64,000 nt of DNA. Origin: Bacilli bacterium. GTDB lineage: Bacteria > Bacillota_I > Bacilli_A > RFN20 > CAG-826. The position numbers were made by a program, and so were the translations under genes. The notes under the pieces are model-generated. The model saw nothing but the letters and a program-made list of their open reading frames with translations. It ran no database searches and was not told the DNA's origin. The stretch is taken from contig JBGVBY010000013.1 of assembly GCA_045226015.1 (NCBI GenBank), forward strand, positions 147,922 to 211,921. Reading direction: 5' to 3'. Shown here piece after piece: positions 56,247 to 64,000 of this stretch. Every line of letters begins with the position of its first letter. Position 1 is the stretch's first letter.

Positions 56247-56879
56247 TTATTCTTTGAATAATATCCTGCCTAGTCTTATATGAGTGGCGTCTTCTTTAAT
56301 CGCGTTTAGGTAATCATCGCTCATCCCCATGCTAAGGTAGGGAAGTTTGATTTTGAATTCTTTTTCCAATTCATCTCGTAACAAACTTAATTTATGGAAT
56401 TGTTCATCGGTGTTTTCGCTTGATTTAACCGCCATCATCATAAGGCCAACAAGTTTAATCTTCTTGTATTTTAGGAGTTCCTTAACAAAGTCTTTTACTT
56501 CATAATATGGAACGCCGTTTTTAGTTTCTTCAAGATTGATTGACACTTCGATAAAAGTGTTTAACTGTTCTTTTCTTTCTTTTTCAATAAGATCAGCAAG
56601 TTTTAATGAATCCAAAGAGTGGAGATAATCAATCTTGTTTATTACTTCTTTAGCTTTGTTTCTTTGTAAGTGTCCAATGAAATGCCACACGATATTTTTA
56701 TCGTTCAATAAACTTTGTTTATTAATAAAGGAATCGACACGGTTTTCTCCGAAGTTATTGATTCCAGATTCAAGTAAATTATTCATTGTCTCAGCGTCAA
56801 TGTATTTAGTAGCCGCAACAACAGTGATGTTATTAGGAATAGTAAGTAAGAACTCTTTGATATCGTCTCTGATTTTCAT
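56247..56879 (-). CDS. YggS-family pyridoxal-5'-phosphate homeostasis protein
   Basis: VAATKYIDAETMNNLLESGINNFGENRV at the N-terminus and WHFIGHLQRNK. Confidence 0.85.
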   Translation of the reverse strand: MKIRDDIKEFLLTIPNNITVVAATKYIDAETMNNLLESGINNFGENRVDSFINKQSLLNDKNIVWHFIGHLQRNKAKEVINKIDYLHSLDSLKLADLIEKERKEQLNTFIEVSINLEETKNGVPYYEVKDFVKELLKYKKIKLVGLMMMAVKSSENTDEQFHKLSLLRDELEKEFKIKLPYLSMGMSDDYLNAIKEDATHIRLGRILFKE

Positions 56880-56971
56880 ACTAAAGATTGTAGTGCTTCT
56901 CTTTTGACTTTTTCAAGTGTAATTCTATTGTATAAATAATTAATTATTATATAATTGAATTAGGACTATTT

Positions 56972-58801
56972 ATGGAAGAATTTAAGAAAGACGAAACTAA
57001 GTTTCAAGATACAGATTTGCTTGAACCAATCGAATTCTATAAGCATCAATTAAAAGACGCATTCCACGAAAACGCGGAAGATTATTTTGAGTACTTATCT
57101 AAGAAAGCTGAAACAAATGTTGAGGCTAATAGAGAAGCGGTCAAAAAATACGATGCAGAAGTCGCTAAGATTAATTCTTTAAGCAACAACGCCAAAAAAC
57201 AAAAGTCAGGAATTGGATGGATGATTTTCTTATTAATCATGTCTGCTTTTGGTATCGCTATTCCTTTAGTTCTTTTAAACAAGATTCCTCTAGCGGTTTC
57301 TATCGCAGTTCCTATTGGATGTGCTGGATTAATTGCTTTAGCAATCGTAATGATTGTTAAAATGAAGAAAAAATGGAAAAAACTAAACGAAGAAATTGCT
57401 AAACACCAAGAAATAGCCAACAAGCATAAAGCGGAAGCTGAAGGTTATATGGCAAAGCTTAACAGCATGTTTGAAGCCAATATGGCGGCTTTACTCATGA
57501 GTAAGACTACACCTGTTATTGATTTAGATCGTGATTTCGATCCTGAAAAATATACTCTGTTACACGAAAAATACGGATATACATCTAACCAATCTCCATC
57601 TGTTAGTACGTTGTTCGCTCAATCAGGACATATTTTAGGTAATCCATTCGTAATCGCAAAAACCTATGTTCAATCTATGCGCGACCATGTTTATAGAGGA
57701 ACATTAACAATTACGTGGACTGAAAGGGTGTCTGATGGAAAAGGCGGAACAAGAACCGTTTTAAGAAGTGAAACATTGGTAGCAACTGTTACAGCACCTG
57801 AACCAGCGTATCATATTGATACGACTTTAATATATGGCAATGAAGCTGCACCTAATTTATCATTCTCTCGTTCTCCAACAGGACACGGAAATGATGATGA
57901 TAAACACTTAGAAAAATACATAAAGAGTTTTGACAAGAAACTTGACAAAGAAGTGGAAAAAGATCTCAAAAGAAATGATGATAGTGTTTTCACTCGACTC
58001 CATAATAGTGAGTTTGAAGCATTATTTAATGCTTTGAATCGTGATAATGAAATGGAATTTAGACTTCTTTTCACTCCGCTCGCTCAAAAGAATATGATTT
58101 CTTTAATCAGAGATAAAGATAAAGTTGGTTATGGCGATGATTTCAGCTTTAGAAAATCAAAGAAACTCAATTACATCGGTGCTGGACACTTATATAACTC
58201 CTCTGAACTTGATAAAGGGCCATCTGATTTAAGATCATATAGTTACGATATCGCTCATAGAAACTTCGTTGATTATTGTGATAGATATTGTAAACAAATC
58301 TATTTCGCTTTAGCGCCTCTTATTTCCATCCCATTATATCAACAACATAAGACTTTAGATTTTATCTATAACGGTAGATTTGGACACAACGTTACTCAAG
58401 AAGAAGCAGAAGCAGCCGCTAACTGCCATAACTGGAATTTATTTAAGCACCCAGCAACTAGAAGCGTAGGCGTTATTCTTAAGAGCAAATTTGTTAGAAG
58501 CAACGAATCAGTTGATGAATGTGAAATTACCGCTCATTCATTCTCTGGAACAGATAGAGTGTCTTACATCAGAAAATACGGTGGAGATGGTAGATGGCAT
58601 GATGTTCCTGTTAAATGGATTGAATACAATCCAATCTCTCAAGTTACTCCATTTGCGGTGGGTAGAGCTAATGAAAACACATATTATGATTTTAACGGCA
58701 AATTCTGCGCTGGAGATTACAACAAATTATTAGAACGATATCAAAAAGCTGATCAAGTTCTATACAAAAAAGGGTTATTTTCTTTCGTTAAGAAAGGTTA
58801 A
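56972..58801 (+). CDS. Membrane protein of unknown function (two TM helices, large C-terminal domain)
   Basis: Cytoplasmic N-terminus, two TM segments (~residues 85-130), and a 470-aa C-terminal domain. It is located directly upstream of LemA. Confidence 0.4.
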   Translation: MEEFKKDETKFQDTDLLEPIEFYKHQLKDAFHENAEDYFEYLSKKAETNVEANREAVKKYDAEVAKINSLSNNAKKQKSGIGWMIFLLIMSAFGIAIPLVLLNKIPLAVSIAVPIGCAGLIALAIVMIVKMKKKWKKLNEEIAKHQEIANKHKAEAEGYMAKLNSMFEANMAALLMSKTTPVIDLDRDFDPEKYTLLHEKYGYTSNQSPSVSTLFAQSGHILGNPFVIAKTYVQSMRDHVYRGTLTITWTERVSDGKGGTRTVLRSETLVATVTAPEPAYHIDTTLIYGNEAAPNLSFSRSPTGHGNDDDKHLEKYIKSFDKKLDKEVEKDLKRNDDSVFTRLHNSEFEALFNALNRDNEMEFRLLFTPLAQKNMISLIRDKDKVGYGDDFSFRKSKKLNYIGAGHLYNSSELDKGPSDLRSYSYDIAHRNFVDYCDRYCKQIYFALAPLISIPLYQQHKTLDFIYNGRFGHNVTQEEAEAAANCHNWNLFKHPATRSVGVILKSKFVRSNESVDECEITAHSFSGTDRVSYIRKYGGDGRWHDVPVKWIEYNPISQVTPFAVGRANENTYYDFNGKFCAGDYNKLLERYQKADQVLYKKGLFSFVKKG

Positions 58802-58832
58802 TAATATACAATAATTATTGGAGGAATAAAAA

Positions 58833-59495
58833 ATGGCTAATGAATTAGACGAAATGACTGGTCCAGTTAATCAAGAAGGACGCGATGTTAATGTCATTGA
58901 AAAACAACTCAAAGTGGAAATGACCACAGGACTTAAAGTCTGTAACGTAATGTGCATTTTCCCTGGAGTACTTTTACTTGGAATTCCAACTATTGTTTGG
59001 CTTTATAAGAAAGCAAAAGCAAAAGAATATTTCCAAAAATTACAACAACAAATCCAACACAACGCTTCTCAAATCGATAATTTCTTAGAACAAAGAGTCG
59101 TTATCTTACAAAACGTTGCCCGTTTATTAGACAAGGCAATCGATTTAGATAAGTCTACCTTCACTGAAATCGCTAAGAATAGAAGTGCTGGTAGCTTAAA
59201 TGGCGCTGCTGATGCAATTGAAAGTGTTAATAAGGCAATCAATGTTTCCTTAGAAGCATATCCAGATTTAAGAGCACATGGTGAAATTGCTGATGCAATG
59301 CAACAAAACTCTTACTTACAAAAAGAAATTACAGCAGCTAGAGAAGTCTATAACGATTCTATTGCTTCCTGGAACAGAGAAATCAACACCTGGGGTGCAA
59401 AGAAATACGTTGCTGCTAAAGAAGGATATACAACCCGTATACCATTTACAACAAGCAAACAAATTAAAGAAGCTGCTCGTGGAGTATTCTTCTAA
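58833..59495 (+). CDS. LemA-family protein
   Basis: Single N-terminal TM segment and a LemA-like C-terminal pattern (AAREVYNDSIASWNREINTW...). Confidence 0.65.
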   Translation: MANELDEMTGPVNQEGRDVNVIEKQLKVEMTTGLKVCNVMCIFPGVLLLGIPTIVWLYKKAKAKEYFQKLQQQIQHNASQIDNFLEQRVVILQNVARLLDKAIDLDKSTFTEIAKNRSAGSLNGAADAIESVNKAINVSLEAYPDLRAHGEIADAMQQNSYLQKEITAAREVYNDSIASWNREINTWGAKKYVAAKEGYTTRIPFTTSKQIKEAARGVFF

Positions 59496-59510
59496 TTAAA
59501 GGAGTAAAAA

Positions 59511-60062
59511 ATGAAATATAGATGTAAAGTTTGTGGACAAATAGTTGAAGTCGCCGAAGGCGAACCATGTCCAATCTGTGGTGCTAGTCACGATAAATTA
59601 GTGCCAATGACTGAAGAGAAGAAACAAGGTGAATTAACCTGGGCTGCCGAACACGTTATCGGAGTGGCTAAAGGCGTCGATGAATTCATTCTTCAAGGAT
59701 GTAGAGATCATTTCAAAGGCGAATGCTCTGAAGTTGGTATGTATCTCGCTATGAGCCGTCAAGCTCTTAGAGAAGGCTACCCAGAAATCGCTTTACTATT
59801 AGAGCAAATCGCAAAAGAAGAAGCCGAACACGCTGCTAGATTTGCAGAATTATTAGGCGAAGTCGTCGAAGAAGATACCAAAAAGAATCTTGAAAAGATG
59901 CTTGCTGGAGAAAACGGAGCTTGTGAATCTAAATTCGCAATCGCTAAAAAAGCTAAAGAACTCAATCTTGACGCAATTCATGATTCAGTTCACGAAATGG
60001 CAAGAGACGAAGCTCGTCACGGCAAAGCTCTTGAAGCAATGCTTAAAAGATATTTCAAATAA
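59511..60062 (+). CDS. Reverse rubrerythrin (N-terminal rubredoxin-like CxxC...CxxC plus a C-terminal ferritin-like diiron domain)
   Basis: CKVCG...CPICG in the first 25 aa, then E..H diiron motifs ([19 protein letters not shown]). Confidence 0.8.
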   Translation: MKYRCKVCGQIVEVAEGEPCPICGASHDKLVPMTEEKKQGELTWAAEHVIGVAKGVDEFILQGCRDHFKGECSEVGMYLAMSRQALREGYPEIALLLEQIAKEEAEHAARFAELLGEVVEEDTKKNLEKMLAGENGACESKFAIAKKAKELNLDAIHDSVHEMARDEARHGKALEAMLKRYFK

Positions 60063-60085
60063 GATAAACGATATATCGATAAATT

Positions 60086-60109
60086 GGCTGTTAAATAACA
60101 GCCTTTTTA
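60086..60109 (+). terminator. Intrinsic terminator
   Basis: GGCTGTT-AAAT-AACAGCC followed by TTTTTATTT. Confidence 0.75.
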
Positions 60110-60123
60110 TTTATAATTAATGT

Positions 60124-61356
60124 ATGTCTACCCCTTTAGCAGAATTGATTAGACCTGAAAAAATCGAAGACATGGTGGGACAAGAACACCTTTTTAAGAG
60201 TGGCTCTATCTTTAATAAAACCATCTCAAAGAATGTGATTCCTAACATGATCTTTTATGGTCCCCCAGGAGTAGGAAAAACCACGGTTGCCAATATCATC
60301 GCTAAAAACACAGAGATGTTACTCTGTAAACTTAATGGCACAATCGCGACCATTGATGATATTAAGAATGTAATTGATGAATCTAAAAGCGTATTTGCCT
60401 CTAAAGGTGTACTTCTTTATTTAGATGAAATTCAATACTTCAATAAGAAACAACAACAGTCTTTACTCGAATATGTTGAAAAAGGATACATAACCTTGAT
60501 CGCTTCAACTACTGAGAACCCATATTTCTATATTTATCCAGCCTTATTATCTAGATGTTCTGTTTTTGAATTTAAATCAATAAACAGCAAAGATATTAAG
60601 AAGGGATTAGAAAGAGTCATTAATCTTAAAAAGATTAAAATTGATGACGATGCTTTAGAAATGCTTTCTATATCCTCTAATGGAGATATGCGTAAAGCAA
60701 TCAACAACTTAGAGGTTTTATATAACGCATTAGGAAATAAGAAAATCACTTTAAAAGACGTGAACGAAGTAGTGGACAAGGCTCATATCAATTACGATAA
60801 AAGCGAAGATCGTCATTATGATCACTTAAGCGCTTTAATGAAGTCGCTTAGAGGAAGTGATCCAGATGCCGCAATTTTCTATTTAGCAAAGATGCTTGAA
60901 GCAGGTGATTTAATAGCGGTTTGTAGACGTATCTTATGCTCCGTAAACGAAGATGTTGGCTTAGCCTATCCTTCACTTATTCCAATAGTGAAATCTTGTG
61001 TTGATATTGCCCTACAAATTGGTTTACCAGAAGCAAAGCTTCCTCTTAGTAACGCGGTTATTTTAATTGCAACCGCTCCTAAGAGTAACTCTGCTTACAT
61101 GGCGTTTAACCGTGCAATGGAAGATATCAATTTAGGAAAAGGCATCTCTATTCCTAGACACTTGCAAAACACTCATTTTGACGGAGAAGATGATCTCGAA
61201 AGAGGTCAAAACTATAAATATCCACATGATTATAAGAATCATTATGTTAAACAGCAATATTTGCCAGACGATGTTAAAGACAAACATTATTATGTTTATG
61301 GAAACAACAAGTTTGAGCAGTTAAACAAAGAATATTGGGATAAAATCAAGAAATAA
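60124..61356 (+). CDS. rarA: Replication-associated recombination protein A (AAA+ ATPase RarA/MgsA)
   Basis: Walker A GPPGVGKTT, Walker B LLYLDEIQ, and a MgsA C-terminal domain. Confidence 0.9.
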   Translation: MSTPLAELIRPEKIEDMVGQEHLFKSGSIFNKTISKNVIPNMIFYGPPGVGKTTVANIIAKNTEMLLCKLNGTIATIDDIKNVIDESKSVFASKGVLLYLDEIQYFNKKQQQSLLEYVEKGYITLIASTTENPYFYIYPALLSRCSVFEFKSINSKDIKKGLERVINLKKIKIDDDALEMLSISSNGDMRKAINNLEVLYNALGNKKITLKDVNEVVDKAHINYDKSEDRHYDHLSALMKSLRGSDPDAAIFYLAKMLEAGDLIAVCRRILCSVNEDVGLAYPSLIPIVKSCVDIALQIGLPEAKLPLSNAVILIATAPKSNSAYMAFNRAMEDINLGKGISIPRHLQNTHFDGEDDLERGQNYKYPHDYKNHYVKQQYLPDDVKDKHYYVYGNNKFEQLNKEYWDKIKK

Positions 61357-61358
61357 AT

Positions 61359-62264
61359 ATGGACAATTTAAAAACATTAATAGATCAAAAGAAATACGAT
61401 TTAGTTTTAAAACTAACAGAAAGAAGCGAGACCGCAAACGATCTCTTTTATCGTATTTCTGCCTTTATTTATCTTGGTCAATATGAAAACGCTTTATTTG
61501 TGATTCAAGATCATCAAAAGGTTTTAGAATCTAATCTAGTTAGTTTAATTAACGCTCACATTAATTTACTGTGTGCTTTAGGAAGATTTGAACAAGCTCA
61601 TGCAGTATTAGATTATTACTCTAACCTACCTTATGAAAGTCAAATCGTGGAAGAAGTTTTAAGAAAAATGCCTGAGGTAATCGCTCTAGAAGAAGAGAAA
61701 CACAATACGATTCGCTTTTATGACGATGAGCAAATTGAGAAATTCTTAAGAAGCGAAAAGCTCGAAGATGTCTTAGTGGGGCTCGACACAATTCGTAATC
61801 GTGATATTTTCACCTTCCTTCCAATTCTTCAAGACCTATTAATCAACCATCCAAAACAAATCATCAGAAGTTATATCCTCATGCTTTTAGTGCAAAAAGA
61901 AGTAGACCGTTCATTAAAAATGAAAAGCATTGATGAAATCATTGATATCAATCCTAAACATATCTCTGTGCCATTTACATCCGTTGTCTTTAATGAGACA
62001 GTCAAATTGATAGAGACTAATTTTAAGGATCCAACGCTTGCACAAACTGCAACGCAATTGTTTTCTGAGTATGAAATGTATCGTTATCCACGTTCACACA
62101 TCCATGCTCCTATAGATTTATGTCATGCCTTATATTTGATTTCTCGTGAGTACATAAATTCTCCAATAGAAGATATCGATGCCTATATTAACGAGAAAGG
62201 TCTAAACAAAGACAACATCTTAAAAATCAAAAACGAAATTAACGAAATATTAAATATGATTTAA
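61359..62264 (+). CDS. Hypothetical helical (TPR-like) protein
   Basis: ORF only; translationally coupled to rarA. Confidence 0.4.
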   Translation: MDNLKTLIDQKKYDLVLKLTERSETANDLFYRISAFIYLGQYENALFVIQDHQKVLESNLVSLINAHINLLCALGRFEQAHAVLDYYSNLPYESQIVEEVLRKMPEVIALEEEKHNTIRFYDDEQIEKFLRSEKLEDVLVGLDTIRNRDIFTFLPILQDLLINHPKQIIRSYILMLLVQKEVDRSLKMKSIDEIIDINPKHISVPFTSVVFNETVKLIETNFKDPTLAQTATQLFSEYEMYRYPRSHIHAPIDLCHALYLISREYINSPIEDIDAYINEKGLNKDNILKIKNEINEILNMI

Positions 62265-62294
62265 TAAAGTAATATATTGAACTTATAACTCAAG

Positions 62295-62331
62295 TGCAAC
62301 TAACGATAGATATCGTTTTGGTTGCATTTTA
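62295..62331 (+). terminator. Intrinsic terminator
   Basis: TGCAAC-taACGATA-GA-TATCGTtttGGTTGCA followed by TTTTATTT. Confidence 0.65.
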
Positions 62332-62397
62332 TTTGCCTAAAATTATTAATTAATTTATAATTTTTCTCGCAAACTAAAAATTATTAAGGAGAAAATC

Positions 62398-63672
62398 ATG
62401 AAATTTACATTCAAAGATTTAGAAGCTTGTCACGTACAAGTTGATGTGGTTATCGATGAAGCTAAGTGGAAAGCTGCTCAAGAAAACAGCGCTAAAAAGT
62501 TAGCGAAAGAAGTCCAAGTTGATGGATTTAGAAAAGGCCATGTCCCAGAAAACATCGCTAAGAAACACATCAATCCAGAAAAGATGCTTGATGATGCTAT
62601 CAATTCATTACTTCCCGAAGTCTACAAAGAGGCTTTACAAAAAGGTAAGTTAGAACCATTTGCTCAACCAAAGGTTGATGTCACCAAATTAAGCGACACC
62701 AATCTCGAAGTGAGATTCATTATTGTCACTGCTCCAAAAGTGGAATTAGGACAATATAAAGGTTTAGAACTTGGTAAAAAAGAAGCCAAAGTTTCTGCTA
62801 AAGAAGTTACTGATTCTATCGAAGAACTCAGAAAGCAAAATGCTTCCTTAGTCTTAAAAGAAGGTGCTGCTGAAAAAGGTGACACCGTTGTTATGGACTT
62901 TGTGGGTTCAGTTGATGGTAAGAACTTTGAAGGTGGTTCTGCGCAAAACTATGAGCTCGAACTCGGAAGCGGTTCTTTCATCCCAGGTTTTGAAGACCAA
63001 TTAGTGGGTATTAAAGCTAACGAACATCGTGATGTTAACGTTAAATTCCCAGAACAATACACTCCAGAACTCGCTGGTAAAGACGCTGTCTTTGCATGTG
63101 ATGTTCACGAAGTGAAAACCAAAAAACTTCCAGAATTAAATGATGAATTCATCAAAGAACTCAACCTTGATGGAGTTAAAGATCTTGAAGGATTAAAAGC
63201 TTATAAGAAAGCTGAATTATTAGAAGCTAAAGAATCTAAAGAAAAGAAAGAATACTTAACCAAGCTTTATGAAGCTATTGCTAAGAATTCCAAGATTGAA
63301 ATTCCAGAAGAAATGATTCTTGATCAAGCTGAAAACATGAAGAAAGACATGGAAAACAGAATGAAACAATCCGGTCTTACTTTAGAACAATATTTACAAT
63401 TCACCGGCGAGACTGAAGAAAAATTCATGGAAAAATTAAAGGGTGACGCTAAAAAAGACATCACCAACTATTTCATCCTTGAAAAAGTCGCTGAAAATGA
63501 AAAATTCGAAGTTACTGACGCAGATGTCGAGTTCGAATACGCAAAACTTGCTGATCAATACAAGATGAAGATTGAAGATGTCAAGAAAGCTTTAAGTGCT
63601 CAACTTGATCAATTCAAACACAATCTTCGTATGACAAGAATCGAAGAAGAACTTCTTAAAAACAACAACTAA
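62398..63672 (+). CDS. tig: Trigger factor
   Basis: N-terminal ribosome-binding domain (GFRKGHVP motif), a central FKBP-like PPIase domain, and a C-terminal arm. Confidence 0.93.
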   Translation: MKFTFKDLEACHVQVDVVIDEAKWKAAQENSAKKLAKEVQVDGFRKGHVPENIAKKHINPEKMLDDAINSLLPEVYKEALQKGKLEPFAQPKVDVTKLSDTNLEVRFIIVTAPKVELGQYKGLELGKKEAKVSAKEVTDSIEELRKQNASLVLKEGAAEKGDTVVMDFVGSVDGKNFEGGSAQNYELELGSGSFIPGFEDQLVGIKANEHRDVNVKFPEQYTPELAGKDAVFACDVHEVKTKKLPELNDEFIKELNLDGVKDLEGLKAYKKAELLEAKESKEKKEYLTKLYEAIAKNSKIEIPEEMILDQAENMKKDMENRMKQSGLTLEQYLQFTGETEEKFMEKLKGDAKKDITNYFILEKVAENEKFEVTDADVEFEYAKLADQYKMKIEDVKKALSAQLDQFKHNLRMTRIEEELLKNNN

Positions 63673-63693
63673 TAAAGAAAAGGAGGTAAGCCT

Positions 63694-64000
63694 ATGGGTT
63701 CAAATCCATCATCCTTAACCTTGCCACTTCTTATCACAAAAGGAATGATTCTTTTCCCTCACAACCAAAGGTTGATTGATGCGGGAAGAGATTTTTCCAT
63801 TAATGCGATTAAAGTAAGTAGAGAAAAAGCAGATTCTTTAATCTTAATTACTTCTCAAAACAATTCTGATGTAGAAACACCTACTGAAAATGACATTTTC
63901 TTAACCGGTGTTCTTGCTCGTATTGTTTCAGTCACTGAAAGAGATAAAAGAATCAGAGCAAGAGTTGAAGTAATTGATCGTGCTTCATTAAAAAATGTTG
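63694..64000 (+). CDS. lon: Lon protease, N-terminal fragment (3' end beyond the window)
   Basis: Lon N-domain LPLLITKGMILFPHNQRLIDAGRDFSINAI. An AGGAGG RBS is present. It follows tig. Confidence 0.8.
   Translation, partial: MGSNPSSLTLPLLITKGMILFPHNQRLIDAGRDFSINAIKVSREKADSLILITSQNNSDVETPTENDIFLTGVLARIVSVTERDKRIRARVEVIDRASLKNV

Overview
This is a low-GC (~30%) 64-kb chromosomal window that uses the standard genetic code. TGA acts as a stop codon, for example at the mutS2/uvrC overlap. The dcw cluster is reduced to mraZ-rsmH-small protein-ftsA-ftsZ with no mur, pbp or ftsW genes, and gene order is Bacillus-like (trmH-like gene, pheS, pheT; ftsZ ... ileS-lspA-rluD; rnhC-mutS2-uvrC). This points to a wall-less Firmicutes-derived lineage such as Acholeplasmataceae (Mollicutes with the standard code); the assignment is an inference. 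Most of the window is housekeeping. It carries pheST, mraZ/rsmH/ftsA/ftsZ, ileS-lspA-rluD, rnhC, mutS2, uvrC, a tRNA-Arg(UCU), glyA, asnA, the glmM-nagB amino-sugar genes, a plsC/lipid kinase cluster, rarA, tig and the start of lon. Accessory content includes two paralogous surface-anchored endonuclease I-family nucleases with Ig-like domains, large surface proteins carrying Listeria/Bacteroides-type repeats, an iron/cobalamin-type ABC importer with a divergent TetR regulator, a reverse rubrerythrin, and a LemA pair. The most unusual feature is an ORF-free ~1.06-kb locus at 31001..32057 between a nitroreductase gene and two convergent SDR genes. It has its own sigma70-like promoter and an intrinsic terminator. 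It consists of three tandem ~300-320-nt homologous units, each carrying hairpins and a CCUCC/GAGGA closing helix whose sequences differ between units but stay complementary. I interpret it as a large structured ncRNA that I cannot assign to any known family. A second candidate structured RNA is a GC-rich intergenic island at 26333..26600 containing three nested perfect helices. There is also an in-frame fusion of an XRE helix-turn-helix domain to GlmM, and an unlisted 56-aa histone H1-like ORF. No CRISPR arrays, transposases or integrases were seen.
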